DNA from: Alphaproteobacteria bacterium
GTDB taxonomy: Bacteria; Pseudomonadota; Alphaproteobacteria; JAJFIK01
Reading direction: 5' to 3'
Length of the DNA stretch: 64,000 nt
Assembly: GCA_028280665.1 (NCBI GenBank)
Contig: JANQLJ010000014.1
Location: 9,380 to 73,379, forward strand
Shown: one piece after another, positions 50,158 to 60,565 of the stretch
Numbering within the stretch: the first letter of the stretch is position 1
Layout of the letters: each line of letters opens with the position of its first letter
Notes under the pieces: model-generated
The model's database searches: none
What the model was told of the DNA's origin: nothing
What the model saw: the letters and a program-made list of their open reading frames with translations, nothing else
Program-made: the position numbers and the translations under genes

Positions 50158-50619
50158 TTAAGCCTCGGCCGCGTCTTCCGCAGCGTCCGCGGCGTCCGCT
50201 TCGTCTTCTGCGGCGCTGGCTGTATCTTCGGCGTCGCTGGCTTCATCTTCCGCGATACCGAGCCCGGCGGCAGCGAGCTTTGCCTCGACCGTTTCGCGGT
50301 CAAACGGCTTCATGAGGAAATCGCGCGCGCCTTTTTCAACGGCCTCGGTAATCTGCGCCACGTCGTTCTCGGCCATCAGGAAAAAGACAGCGGGGCGGAA
50401 ACCGCCCTTGATGCGATGCAAAGCGCGCATGAAGTCGATACCGCCCAAGGACGGGATATCGCTGTCAACCAGGATGACGTCAGGCAAGGAACCGCTGCAG
50501 GCCCGCAACGCCTGTTCCGTGTCCTCGGCTTCGCTTGTTTCAAACTCAAGCTCTTCGAAGATTCGCCGCGCAACCTTGCGAACGACCTGCGAGTCGTCGA
50601 CTACGAGACAGTGCCTCAT
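50158..50619 (-). CDS. Single-domain response regulator receiver with an acidic Ala/Asp/Glu-rich tail
   Basis: CLVVDDS…ILVDSDIP…K has the receiver Asp pocket. C-terminal EDEASDAEDTASAAEDEADAADAAEDAAEA. Confidence 0.7.
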   Translation of the reverse strand: MRHCLVVDDSQVVRKVARRIFEELEFETSEAEDTEQALRACSGSLPDVILVDSDIPSLGGIDFMRALHRIKGGFRPAVFFLMAENDVAQITEAVEKGARDFLMKPFDRETVEAKLAAAGLGIAEDEASDAEDTASAAEDEADAADAAEDAAEA

Positions 50620-50773
50620 GCTCTTTCCTCAACCGGCGTGGGGGCGGGTATGGCGTTCGCCAAGAATACGCGCTCCGCGAGCAGCCCCTATTTCTTCTCG
50701 GGCATGGACACTATCGACCCAAAGGGTAAACAGCCCTTGAAGGAATCTCGCTAATCGCCGCGCATAGCCGGGA

Positions 50774-51427
50774 TCAGGAAACTGCCGGAAATCTGGCGCA
50801 AATCGCGACCTGTTCTTCGCCTTCGGACAGATTGAGCTTGAGGCCCAGGGCGCGGCTGATAAGCGCCGCATAATAGGCCTGGATGGAGCGCGGATTGAGG
50901 GGGTCCTCGACGGGCCCGTCGGTCAGAAGCGCCCGGGTGACGTCGGAAAACCTCGCCTTTTTCCCCGTGGCCGAAACAATGATCTGGAGCGCGCCGGGTT
51001 CTTCTTCGAGGGTGGCTTCGATCTTGCCGCCATACGGGATGGCGTCGAGCCCGATCATCACGAAGTTTAACAGCAACTTAACGGCGTCCTTGGGCGCGGC
51101 GATGGTGGGCGCCTTCCAGACGAGTTCCGCCTTGGTGGATTCAATATAAGCGCGGACCACCTTTTCGGCCTCGGTAGTGTCGATGGCGTCCCCGGCGGAC
51201 CCGCCCGCCCCATAGGCGAAACGTGCAAATTGCAGCTTGATCGAGGCTTGCTGCGCGCTGTTGTTGATCAGATCCATGGCGATGCCGCGCATTTCCGCAT
51301 CGGTTTCCTCGGCCAAGACCTCAAGGCCGTTGGCAAGAGCGCCGACAGGGCTGATGAGATCGTGGCACAGTCGGGACGACAAAAGCGCGGCGGTGGCGAG
51401 TTCGCGGGCGGCGGCCTCTTCAGACAT
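50774..51427 (-). CDS. chpT: Histidine phosphotransferase ChpT
   Basis: Start at MSEEAAARE. The motif LCHDLISPVGALANGLEVL matches the ChpT phosphorylatable-His signature. Confidence 0.75.
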   Translation of the reverse strand: MSEEAAARELATAALLSSRLCHDLISPVGALANGLEVLAEETDAEMRGIAMDLINNSAQQASIKLQFARFAYGAGGSAGDAIDTTEAEKVVRAYIESTKAELVWKAPTIAAPKDAVKLLLNFVMIGLDAIPYGGKIEATLEEEPGALQIIVSATGKKARFSDVTRALLTDGPVEDPLNPRSIQAYYAALISRALGLKLNLSEGEEQVAICARFPAVS

Positions 51428-51595
51428 AAAAACTCCCCGAATCAGTGAACCCGAACGATATTGCCCGGGGCTTCGCCCTATTGCCAACCGCAACGCGTTA
51501 AGAAGCTGTTAATCCTGCCACGGAGCAACGCCCCGCTTGACCCCTCAACGGGGGTGATGCTTTGTGTGCGGGTAAGCGGGGCTTGGGGACGCGCA

Positions 51596-52426
51596 ATGGC
51601 CGAAGAAAAAAACGCAATCGAAGACCGGGAGGGCCTTGCAAAGGGCCTCATCGAAGCCGCCGTGGAAGCGGCCGGCGCGATCATGTCGCACTACGAAAAC
51701 GACATTGAGGTTATGCGCAAGGACGACCGCTCGCCCGTGACCAAGGCCGATCACGAGGCGGAAGAAATTCTCTTGAACGCCCTCCACCGCCTCGCGCCGC
51801 ATATTCCGGTGGTTGCCGAGGAAGAGGTCGCAGCGGGCCGCGTTCCGGAAACCCTCGGCGCGCAGTTCTTTCTCGTGGACCCGCTTGATGGCACCAAAGA
51901 GTTTCTCAAGCGCAATGATCAGTTCACGGTCAATATCGGCTTGATCGAAGAGGGCGTGCCCACCATGGGGGTGGTTTACGCGCCCGCCATGGCGCGTCTT
52001 TTCTACGCCACGGGCCCCGGCAAGGCTTTTTCGCAAACCGTGCACCCCGAAAAAGGCGCGGGCGGCATCGGCGAGAACGCACCACAACCGATTGCCGCGC
52101 GCACCCCGCCTCCTGAAGGGCTGGTGGCGGTCTCGAGCGGATCGCACAAACACGAAGCGGTCGAGGAATTCCTGCGCGCATTCAACATCACCGCCCACAA
52201 GGAGATGGGCTCCTCGCTCAAGTTTTGCCTCATTGCCACCGGCGAGGCGGACATCTACCCGCGCCAACCCCAGAGCAGTTGCGAGTGGGACGTTGCCGCC
52301 GCTCATGCCGTGCTGCGCGCGGCGGGCGGTGAAGTGACCGGCCTGGACGGCGCGCCTTTCGATTACGGCCATGCGGAGCGGGGTTTTCTCAATCCGGGAT
52401 TTGTCGCCCGGGGGCGCAAGGCCTGA
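51596..52426 (+). CDS. cysQ: 3'(2'),5'-bisphosphate nucleotidase / inositol monophosphatase family (CysQ-like)
   Basis: Start at MAEEKN. Motifs FLVDPLDGTKEF and WDVAAAHAVLRAAGG. Confidence 0.75.
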   Translation: MAEEKNAIEDREGLAKGLIEAAVEAAGAIMSHYENDIEVMRKDDRSPVTKADHEAEEILLNALHRLAPHIPVVAEEEVAAGRVPETLGAQFFLVDPLDGTKEFLKRNDQFTVNIGLIEEGVPTMGVVYAPAMARLFYATGPGKAFSQTVHPEKGAGGIGENAPQPIAARTPPPEGLVAVSSGSHKHEAVEEFLRAFNITAHKEMGSSLKFCLIATGEADIYPRQPQSSCEWDVAAAHAVLRAAGGEVTGLDGAPFDYGHAERGFLNPGFVARGRKA

Positions 52427-52727
52427 AGCCTGTAACCTGAAGCCCACAAGAAAAGAGACCGGCGGTTAACTGTCACCCCCGCAATCAGTTAACCGGCCGG
52501 TCTCTGCCGCCGCGCCGGTTTCCCGTCGCAGTCGGTGTCCCGCAAAGCCCGCAAAGTCCCGATTTTCGCGGGTTCCCTAGCCTAGCAAGCCCCATGCCGC
52601 CCCGGACGGCACAGAATGGCCCTAATCTGATGCTGCGCTGCAGGAAGGCGGGTGACGCGGGCCCAATCTTAGGTCACTATGTGGGCCCCTGTGGCAGGCG
52701 GGAAATTGAGACGGAGGTAGCGTAACA

Positions 52728-53312
52728 ATGACTGCGCTTTATGAGTTCCTGAAACCGGCGATCGGCCTTGCCGCCGCCATTGTCCTGGCGGGTGGGCTTT
52801 CCACCTCGGTATTGGCCCAGAACGCCGAAGACACCTTGACCGAAAACGAAGTCGTCGATGCGGTGGCGGATTTCTTCGACATCACATCGGAAGCGGCCGC
52901 CGAGGTCGTGGCGCGGGTCTTTGAAGACCTTGGGGAGCCCAACGGCTACATCACCGGATCCGAAGGCTCGGGCGCCATCGGATTTGGCTTGCGCTATGGC
53001 GAGGGCAACCTGTTCACCGCCGCGGGCGAAGAACGGCGCGTCTTCTGGCAAGGCCCAAGCGTGGGCTTTGATGCGGGCGGCAACGCCAGCCAGGTCTTTA
53101 CATTGGTCTATGATCTTCAGGACCCGGACGATATCTACCGCCGGTTCCCGGGCGTGGAAGGGTCCTACTACCTCGTTGCGGGCATCGGGGTGAACTACCA
53201 ACGGGCGGAAGGCATCACGCTGGTTCCCATGCGCACGGGCGTTGGCCTGCGCGCGGGCGCCAATGTGGGCTATCTCAGCTACTCACGCAGGCGTAGCTGG
53301 CTTCCCTTCTAA
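52728..53312 (+). CDS. Secreted DUF1134-like protein
   Basis: Signal peptide (AIGLAAAIVLAGGLSTSVLAQ). Gly-rich beta-like core (EGSGAIGFGLRYGEGNL). Confidence 0.45.
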   Translation: MTALYEFLKPAIGLAAAIVLAGGLSTSVLAQNAEDTLTENEVVDAVADFFDITSEAAAEVVARVFEDLGEPNGYITGSEGSGAIGFGLRYGEGNLFTAAGEERRVFWQGPSVGFDAGGNASQVFTLVYDLQDPDDIYRRFPGVEGSYYLVAGIGVNYQRAEGITLVPMRTGVGLRAGANVGYLSYSRRRSWLPF

Positions 53313-53334
53313 GGCCAATCACGAGCTTGATGAA

Positions 53335-53366
53335 AAGGCCGCCGGTACTGGCGGCCTTTTCTTTTG
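53335..53366 (+). terminator. Intrinsic terminator
   Basis: AAAAGGCCGCCGGTACTGGCGGCCTTTTCTTTT. Confidence 0.55.
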
Positions 53367-53406
53367 CAGTTTGACGTTGATTTCACCCTACCCTAAGCCT
53401 CTCGCC

Positions 53407-54369
53407 ATGAGCGAGCATCTCAGCATTACCATTTCAGAAGGCCCGGCCCGCCTCGACAAGGCGCTGGCGGACGCATGCCCGGGGCTTTCGCGCTCGCGGC
53501 TCAAGGCGCTCATTCTTGAAGGCGGCGTCACCCGCAATGGGGAGCCCGCGACCGATCCCGCCGCAAAGGTGAACGCAGGGGACGAGATCACCGTCACCGT
53601 GCCGCCGCCCGCGCCCGCCGCGCCCGAGGGGCAAGCGATCCCCCTTAATGTGGTGTTCGAGGACGAGCACTTGATCGTTGTCGACAAGCCCGCGGGGCTT
53701 GTGGTTCATCCGGCGCCCGGCAATCCGGACAAGACGCTCGTCAACGCGCTCATCGCCCATTGCGGCGAAAGCCTCAAAGGCATTGGCGGTGTCGCGCGCC
53801 CCGGCATCGTTCACCGCCTCGACAAGGATACATCCGGGCTGATGGTGGCCGCCAAAACCGCGAAGGTGCACGAGGCCCTCTCGAAGCTCTTTGCGAGGCG
53901 CGACATCGCCCGCTCTTATCTTGCCCTTGTGCGCGGCCGTCCCAACCCCCGCAAAGGCACCGTGGACACACACATCGACCGCAGCCGTCATAACCGGAAG
54001 AAAATGGCGGTAACGAAAACGAGCGGACGTCATGCTGTCACTCACTACGAGGCACAAAAGAGCTATGGCCCCAAGTCCGATCCGTGGGCGAGCCTTGTTA
54101 AGTGCAAGCTTGAGACGGGCCGCACCCACCAGATCCGCGTTCACCTGGCGCACATCGGCCACCCGGTGGTGGGCGATCCGCTTTACGGATCCGGCATGAA
54201 ACTCAAGGGCGGAAAGGCGGCGCCCGGCGCGCTCAAGACCTTTCCCCGTCAGGCGCTTCATGCGGCGGAGCTTGGCTTTGCCCACCCTGTCACCGGCGCA
54301 ACACTGCACTTCAAATCCCTGGTGCCGGATGATTTTGCAAGCCTTATCAATGACTTAAAAGGCGGGTGA
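53407..54369 (+). CDS. rluD: 23S rRNA pseudouridine synthase RluD (RluA family)
   Basis: Start at MSEHLS. S4 domain. Catalytic motif HRLDKDTSGLMV. HQIRVHLAHIGHPVVGDPLYG. Confidence 0.85.
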   Translation: MSEHLSITISEGPARLDKALADACPGLSRSRLKALILEGGVTRNGEPATDPAAKVNAGDEITVTVPPPAPAAPEGQAIPLNVVFEDEHLIVVDKPAGLVVHPAPGNPDKTLVNALIAHCGESLKGIGGVARPGIVHRLDKDTSGLMVAAKTAKVHEALSKLFARRDIARSYLALVRGRPNPRKGTVDTHIDRSRHNRKKMAVTKTSGRHAVTHYEAQKSYGPKSDPWASLVKCKLETGRTHQIRVHLAHIGHPVVGDPLYGSGMKLKGGKAAPGALKTFPRQALHAAELGFAHPVTGATLHFKSLVPDDFASLINDLKGG

Positions 54370-54531
54370 GCGGACCGCACGGCCCTTCAAAAAACCGCAT
54401 TTCCCCGCTACATTATCCCCTTGGAAAGTCCGCCGCATGCTCGGGGAGGTGCGGCGTTGCGCCAAGGGGGCATTGCCTGATTGAGGGATGCTTCCCGCGG
54501 TTACAAAGGTAAGCGACCGAGGAAGGGACAA

Positions 54532-55443
54532 ATGGCCAATACAAATCTGCCGGCCCTCACGCCAGAGGGCGGCCTTTCAAGATATCTTTCTGAAATCCGC
54601 AAATTCCCCATGCTTGAGAAGGATGAGGAATACATGCTCGCCAAGCGCTGGAAAGAGCATGAGGATGCGGATGCGGCACATCAGCTCGTCACCAGTCACC
54701 TACGGCTCGTTGCCAAGATCGCCATGGGCTATCGCGGCTACGGCCTGCCCATGGGCGAGGTCATCTCCGAAGGCAATGTGGGCCTGATGCAAGCGGTGAA
54801 ACGCTTCGAGCCGGAGAAGGGCTTTCGCCTTGCCACCTATGCCATGTGGTGGATCCGCGCTTCGATCCAGGAATATATTTTGCGCTCCTGGAGCCTTGTG
54901 AAAATCGGCACCACCGCCGCGCAGAAAAAACTTTTCTTCAATCTGCGCAAGATCAAGGGACAGATCTCCGCCCTCGAAGAAGGCGATCTGAAACCCGACC
55001 AAGTGGAAAAGATCGCGCACCGGCTCGGTGTCACCGAAGACGAAGTGACCATGATGAACCGGCGCATGTCGGGCGGGGATACGTCCTTAAACGCCCCCAT
55101 GCGCGCCGACGGCGAAGGCGCGGAGTGGCAAGACTGGCTGGTGGACGAATCCGAAACCCAGGAAGAAGAACTGGCCCAGCGCGAAGAACTCGACGAGCGG
55201 CGCGAGCTTCTTTCGATCGCGCTTGAAGAACTCAATGAGCGCGAGCGGCATATCTTCGTCCAGCGGCGGCTTACGGACCCCGCGGTGACTCTCGAGGATT
55301 TGTCCAAGGAATATGACATTTCCCGCGAGCGCGTGCGCCAGATCGAAGTGCGATCCTTCGAGAAGGTGCAGAAGGCGATGAAGGCGGCTTTGCGCGAACG
55401 CCGCACTGAGGTGGCGGACGCCCGGACGGAGTATTTGGACTGA
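54532..55443 (+). CDS. rpoH: RNA polymerase sigma-32 factor RpoH
   Basis: RpoH box QKKLFFNLRK. Regions 2.4, 3 and 4 present. Start at MANTNL. Confidence 0.9.
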   Translation: MANTNLPALTPEGGLSRYLSEIRKFPMLEKDEEYMLAKRWKEHEDADAAHQLVTSHLRLVAKIAMGYRGYGLPMGEVISEGNVGLMQAVKRFEPEKGFRLATYAMWWIRASIQEYILRSWSLVKIGTTAAQKKLFFNLRKIKGQISALEEGDLKPDQVEKIAHRLGVTEDEVTMMNRRMSGGDTSLNAPMRADGEGAEWQDWLVDESETQEEELAQREELDERRELLSIALEELNERERHIFVQRRLTDPAVTLEDLSKEYDISRERVRQIEVRSFEKVQKAMKAALRERRTEVADARTEYLD

Positions 55444-55460
55444 GTTCCTGCCTCAAAACT

Positions 55461-56753
55461 CTATCCCTCAAACGGATCGTGCATGTGGATCATGTCTTCG
55501 CGCTCCGGTGAGGTGGAAAGCAGTGCCACGGGCACGCCAGTCAGTTCCTCCACGCGCTTGACGTATTTGACCGCGGCGGCGGGGAGATCGCCCCAGGACC
55601 GCGCGCCTTCGGTGGATTCCGTCCAGCCCGGCAGCGTCTCATAAACCGGCGTCACCGCCGCTTGCGCGCCCATGCCCGCAGGGAAAAAGTCGATCTCGTC
55701 GCCGCCCGACTTGTAGCCCGTGCAGATTTTAAGCTCCTCAAAGCCGTCGAGCACGTCGAGCTTGGTCAGCACGATCCCCGTCGCGCCGCAGGTAGTGAGT
55801 GACTGGCGCACCATCGCCGCATCGAACCAGCCGCAACGCCGCTGGCGCCCGGTCACCGTGCCGAACTCATGGCCCCGTTCGCCCAGGCGTTGGCCCACCT
55901 CGTCCAGAAGCTCGGTGGGGAACGGCCCCTCGCCCACACGGGTCGTATAGGCCTTGGTGATGGCGAGCACATAGTCCACCGCGCCCGGCCCCATGCCGGA
56001 CCCCGCCGCCGCCTGCCCCGCCACCGTGTGGGAACTCGTCACAAAAGGATAGGTGCCGTGGTCCACGTCCAGCATCACCCCTTGCGCGCCTTCAAACAAG
56101 ATGCGCTTGCCGTGACGCCGCGCATCGTCAAGCCGCCGCCAGACGCAATCGGCATAGGGCAGGACTTTGGGCGCAATGGCGCGGCACCCGGCGATCAACT
56201 CGTCCCGATCCACCTCGTTGCGGCCAAAGCCGCGCCGAAGGGCGTTGTGATGTTCAAGCAATGTGTCGATGCGCGCCGCGAGCACGTCCTCGTCCGCAAG
56301 GTCAATCAGCCGCACCGCGCGGCGGCCCACTTTGTCCTCATAAGCCGGGCCGATGCCGCGCTTGGTGGTGCCGATGCGCGTCGACACATTCGAGCTTTCG
56401 CGCAGCACGTCGATTTCCGAATGAACCGGCAGAATCAAGGGGGCGTTGTCGGCGATAACCAGATTGTCTGGTGTGATCGTCACGCCGCGCGCCGAAATCT
56501 CTTCGATCTCTTCTACAAGCGCCCAAGGGTCCACCACCACACCACCCCCGAGCACCGAGAGCTTGCCCGGTCGCACAATGCCCGAGGGAAGCAGCGACAG
56601 TTTATATGTCACCCCGTCGATGACCAGCGTATGGCCCGCATTATGGCCACCTTGGAAGCGCACCACCACGTCGGCGCGCTCCGACAGCCAGTCGACCACC
56701 TTTCCCTTGCCCTCGTCGCCCCATTGGGCGCCGACCACGGCGACATTTGCCAC
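55461..56753 (-). CDS. purA: Adenylosuccinate synthetase
   Basis: N-terminal [12 protein letters not shown]-loop and GGHNAGHT. Confidence 0.95.
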   Translation of the reverse strand: MANVAVVGAQWGDEGKGKVVDWLSERADVVVRFQGGHNAGHTLVIDGVTYKLSLLPSGIVRPGKLSVLGGGVVVDPWALVEEIEEISARGVTITPDNLVIADNAPLILPVHSEIDVLRESSNVSTRIGTTKRGIGPAYEDKVGRRAVRLIDLADEDVLAARIDTLLEHHNALRRGFGRNEVDRDELIAGCRAIAPKVLPYADCVWRRLDDARRHGKRILFEGAQGVMLDVDHGTYPFVTSSHTVAGQAAAGSGMGPGAVDYVLAITKAYTTRVGEGPFPTELLDEVGQRLGERGHEFGTVTGRQRRCGWFDAAMVRQSLTTCGATGIVLTKLDVLDGFEELKICTGYKSGGDEIDFFPAGMGAQAAVTPVYETLPGWTESTEGARSWGDLPAAAVKYVKRVEELTGVPVALLSTSPEREDMIHMHDPFEG

Positions 56754-56829
56754 GGGGCCTCTCCTTTAAACGAATTGTCAGACGGTGCCGGACCCTATCC
56801 CAATCAGGCCCAGAAAGCGAAGGGAATCT

Positions 56830-58407
56830 TTAAAATTCCAAAGCCTTGGCGTAGGTTACCAACGGCAGGGCGCGCAGCTTTTCCACCACCTCGCGGGGCA
56901 CCTTGGCATCCACTTCCAAAAGCGCGATGGCTTCGCCCCCCGCGCGCTCGCGGCCCAGATGGAAGCTCGCGATATTCACGCCTTCCTCGCCCAGGAGCGT
57001 GCCCAGCGAACCGATAAACCCGGGCTTGTCTTCGTTCACGGTATAGATCATGTGCGGCGCGAGGTGCGCATCCATGTTGATGCTTTTGACCTCGATAAGC
57101 CGGATCTGATCGCCCGATTGGATGGCGCCCGCGACGTTGCGGGTGGAGCGGCCGGTCTTCACGGTCACGCGGATAAAACTTCCATAGACGCGTTGCCCCT
57201 CACGCATGGTCTCCGTAATCTTGATGCCGCGCTGTTTGGCAATGACCGGCGCGGAGACCATGTTGACCTCAAAGAGCGCGGGTTTGAGGACCCCTTCCAC
57301 CACCGCGGAGGTAAGCGCCTTGGTGTTCATTTCCGCCACATCGCCCACATATTCGATGATCACCTCATCAACGGCGCTGCGCACAAGCTGGCCCACAAAG
57401 AGGCCGAGCTTCTGGGCAAGCTCCACAAAGGGCCGCAGCTTGGGCGCTTCTTCCGCCGAAATGGACGGCATGTTCACCGCATTGCTCACCGCACCGGTGA
57501 GCAGAAAGTCCGCCATTTGCTCGGCCACTTGCAGCGCTACTTTTTCTTGGGCCTCGGTGGTGGCCGCGCCCAGGTGGGGGGTTGCGATAAGGTTCTCCGC
57601 GCCAAACAGAATGTTCTCCTTCGCGGGTTCCTCGATGAAAACGTCAAATGCCGCGCCGCCAAGATGACCGCTATCGAGGGCGGCGCGCACCGCCGCTTCG
57701 TCCACAAGACCGCCGCGCGCGCAGTTAATCAGCCTTGCGCCTTTTTTCATCTTGACGATGGCATCGGCGGAAATGATGTTCCGCGTCTGATCCGTAAGCG
57801 GCGTGTGCAGAGTGATAAAATCGGCACGCGGCAAAAGCTCATCCAACTCGACCTTTTGAACGCCCATCTCGGCCGCGCGGTCTTCCGACAAAAACGGATC
57901 GTAGGCGATGACGCGCATCTTGAGCCCTTGCGCTCGGCTTGCCACGATGGAGCCGATATTGCCGCAGCCCACAAGGCCCAGCGTCTTGCCCGTGACCTCG
58001 ACACCCATGAAGCGCGCCTTTTCCCATTTGCCGTCTTGCGTTGACGCATTCGCCGCTGGGATGTCGCGGGCAAGGCTCAGGATCAACGCAATCGCGTGCT
58101 CAGCGGTGGTCACCGAATTGCCGTGGGGCGTGTTCATCACCACAATGCCGCGCGCGCTCGCCGCCGGGATGTCCACATTATCGACACCGATCCCCGCGCG
58201 GCCTACGACCTTGAGGTTGTCCGCGCGCTCGATGAGCTTTGCCGTCACCTTGGTCGCCGAGCGGATGGCAAGCCCGTCATAGTTTGCAATGATGCTCAGA
58301 AGCTCGTCCTTTTCGAGGCCGGGCTTGAAGTCGACGTCGATCCCGCGCGCCTTAAATATGTCTGCCGCCGCGGGCGAGAGCTTGTCCGAGATAAGAACCT
58401 TCGCCAT
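56830..58407 (-). CDS. serA: D-3-phosphoglycerate dehydrogenase
   Basis: Start at MAKVLISDKL. NAD-binding GxGxIG (LGLVGCGNIGS). C-terminal ACT/ASB region. 525 aa. Confidence 0.9.
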   Translation of the reverse strand: MAKVLISDKLSPAAADIFKARGIDVDFKPGLEKDELLSIIANYDGLAIRSATKVTAKLIERADNLKVVGRAGIGVDNVDIPAASARGIVVMNTPHGNSVTTAEHAIALILSLARDIPAANASTQDGKWEKARFMGVEVTGKTLGLVGCGNIGSIVASRAQGLKMRVIAYDPFLSEDRAAEMGVQKVELDELLPRADFITLHTPLTDQTRNIISADAIVKMKKGARLINCARGGLVDEAAVRAALDSGHLGGAAFDVFIEEPAKENILFGAENLIATPHLGAATTEAQEKVALQVAEQMADFLLTGAVSNAVNMPSISAEEAPKLRPFVELAQKLGLFVGQLVRSAVDEVIIEYVGDVAEMNTKALTSAVVEGVLKPALFEVNMVSAPVIAKQRGIKITETMREGQRVYGSFIRVTVKTGRSTRNVAGAIQSGDQIRLIEVKSINMDAHLAPHMIYTVNEDKPGFIGSLGTLLGEEGVNIASFHLGRERAGGEAIALLEVDAKVPREVVEKLRALPLVTYAKALEF

Positions 58408-58411
58408 GGGG

Positions 58412-59584
58412 TCAGCCCTTGCTTTTGACTTGATCGAACGCCCAGTCGAGCCAGGGGCAAAGCGCTTCGATGTCCTGGGTTTCCACCGTCGCGCCGCACC
58501 AGATGCGGAGGCCCGGCGGTGCGCCCCGATAAGCACCGATATCAAAGGCGATGCCTTCGCCTTCCAAGAGCGCGGGCAGTTCTTTGGCAAAAGCTGCTTG
58601 ATCGCCCTTGTCAAGCGCGGTGAACCACGGATCGACGATCTGCAGACAGACGGACGTGTTCGACCGCGTGGCGGGATCGCGCGCCAGATAGTCGACCCAA
58701 GACGTGCACTCCACCCATGCGCCAAGCGCCGCGGCGCTCGCATCCGCGCGCGCCATCAGGCCCTTAAGGCCACCCACGCCCCGCGCCCACTTGAGGGTGT
58801 TCAGATAATCCTCGACCACCAGAAGCGACGGCGTGTTGAGCGTCGATCCCTCGAAGATCGCATGGTCCACCTTGCCGTCCTTCGCAAGGCGGAAGATTTT
58901 GGGCAGCGGCCAGGGGGGCGTGTAACTTTCAAGCCGCTCGATGGCGCGAGGGGACAGCACGATCATGCCGTGCGCCGCTTCGCCGCCCATCACCTTCTGC
59001 CAGGAGAACGTCGCCGCATCGAGCTTGGCCCAGTCGAGGTCTTGCGCGAAGGCCGCCGAGGTCGCATCGCAAATGGTCAATCCTTCGCGGGTCCTGGGGA
59101 TCCAGTCCGCATTGGGCACGCGCACCCCCGACGTGGTGCCGTTCCAGGTAAAGACGCAATCCCGCGCGCCATCGTACTGCGCAAGATCGGGAAGATCGCC
59201 GAAGTCCGCTTCGAAAAGGCGCACATCGTCCAGCTTAAGCTCCTTGACCGCGTCGGAAATCCAGCCCCTCCCGAAACTCTCCCAGCCAAAAAGATCCACC
59301 CCGCGCGCGCCGAGCAGGGACCACATGGCGGCCTCGACGGCGCCCGTGTCGGACGCAGGAACAATGGCAACGCGGTAGTCTTCGGGGAGTTCGAGAAGCG
59401 CCTTGGTCTCGTCGATGGCGGCCTTGAGTTTCGCCTGCCCCGGCTTTGAGCGGTGCGAGCGCCCCACCACCGCGCCCGACAGCGCGTCCGGGGTCCAGCC
59501 TGGATGCTTTGCGCATGGTCCAGACGAAAAATGCGGCCGCTGGGGCCGCACGTTCGGCATCGCTGCCGTCAACGTATCAGTCAT
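58412..59584 (-). CDS. serC: Phosphoserine aminotransferase (alphaproteobacterial-type SerC)
   Basis: 390 aa. [14 protein letters not shown]-terminus. PLP-lysine region [14 protein letters not shown]. Confidence 0.9.
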   Translation of the reverse strand: MTDTLTAAMPNVRPQRPHFSSGPCAKHPGWTPDALSGAVVGRSHRSKPGQAKLKAAIDETKALLELPEDYRVAIVPASDTGAVEAAMWSLLGARGVDLFGWESFGRGWISDAVKELKLDDVRLFEADFGDLPDLAQYDGARDCVFTWNGTTSGVRVPNADWIPRTREGLTICDATSAAFAQDLDWAKLDAATFSWQKVMGGEAAHGMIVLSPRAIERLESYTPPWPLPKIFRLAKDGKVDHAIFEGSTLNTPSLLVVEDYLNTLKWARGVGGLKGLMARADASAAALGAWVECTSWVDYLARDPATRSNTSVCLQIVDPWFTALDKGDQAAFAKELPALLEGEGIAFDIGAYRGAPPGLRIWCGATVETQDIEALCPWLDWAFDQVKSKG

Positions 59585-59709
59585 GACTATTCCTTCCAGA
59601 ATAGAAGCGCCTCGTTGGGGAGGCGTGGCCCACTTATGAGATGACCGGAGTCGGCGACGCAGGTCAACAGGAGAATTGTGAACTCTGCATTGCGCGCGGC
59701 GCGCCGCTC

Positions 59710-60549
59710 TTAACCAATATCGGGGATGGAAATCCGCCCTTGCAGGTAAGGCGACACCTTGCCCGAAAGCGTAACGCGGCCGCCATTCATGGCGCAGTGG
59801 ACCACACCGCCGCGCTGCGAGGCCTGATACCCCACAAGCTCACTCTTGCCCAATCGCTCGGCCCAGTAAGGCGCGAGCAGGCAATGGGCCGATCCGGTGG
59901 CGGGGTCTTCGGGAACCCCCTTGCCCGGCGCAAAGAACCGTGAGACGAAATCGTAGTCCCGCTCCTCATCCGCTGGCGCCGTGATCAAAAGCGCCCAGAA
60001 CGGCGAGCGCTCAAGCGCCGAGCCGATGGCACTGAGATCATGCACGGCGCGGAGATCCGCCTCGCTCTCAAGAACGAAAAGGCTGTAGGGCAGGCGCATG
60101 AGGGGCGCTTCGATCTTCGTGCCAATCGCTGCCTCGAACTCTACGATCAATTCCGGATTGTCGAGCCGTGCATCGGTGGTCTGCGCGGGAAAATCCATGG
60201 CGAGCGCACCGTCCGCACCCCGCTCCACATGAAGCGCGCCACTGCGCGTCTCGAAGGCCAGCTTGTCCGACTGCTCGCCCAAAAACTCAAACAGTACAAA
60301 GGCGCTTGCCAGCGTCGCGTGACCGCAGAGATCCACTTCCGCGCGCGGTGTGAACCAGCGCAAATGATAATGCCCGGGCACGCCGTCTTCATGGCGAATG
60401 AAGTAGGCTGTCTCCGAGAGATTGTTTTCAAGCGCGATCGCCTGCAGGGTTTCATCCCCTAGCCAGCATTCGAGCGGCACAATGGCGGCAGGGTTGCCCT
60501 TGAAGACCTCGTCCGCAAAAGCATCGACCTGATAAAGCGTAAGTTCCAT
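59710..60549 (-). CDS. PhzF family phenazine-biosynthesis-like isomerase
   Basis: Start at [11 protein letters not shown]. Motifs [22 protein letters not shown] and DPATGSAHC. Confidence 0.75.
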   Translation of the reverse strand: MELTLYQVDAFADEVFKGNPAAIVPLECWLGDETLQAIALENNLSETAYFIRHEDGVPGHYHLRWFTPRAEVDLCGHATLASAFVLFEFLGEQSDKLAFETRSGALHVERGADGALAMDFPAQTTDARLDNPELIVEFEAAIGTKIEAPLMRLPYSLFVLESEADLRAVHDLSAIGSALERSPFWALLITAPADEERDYDFVSRFFAPGKGVPEDPATGSAHCLLAPYWAERLGKSELVGYQASQRGGVVHCAMNGGRVTLSGKVSPYLQGRISIPDIG

Positions 60550-60565
60550 ACCTGATCCCTTGCCC

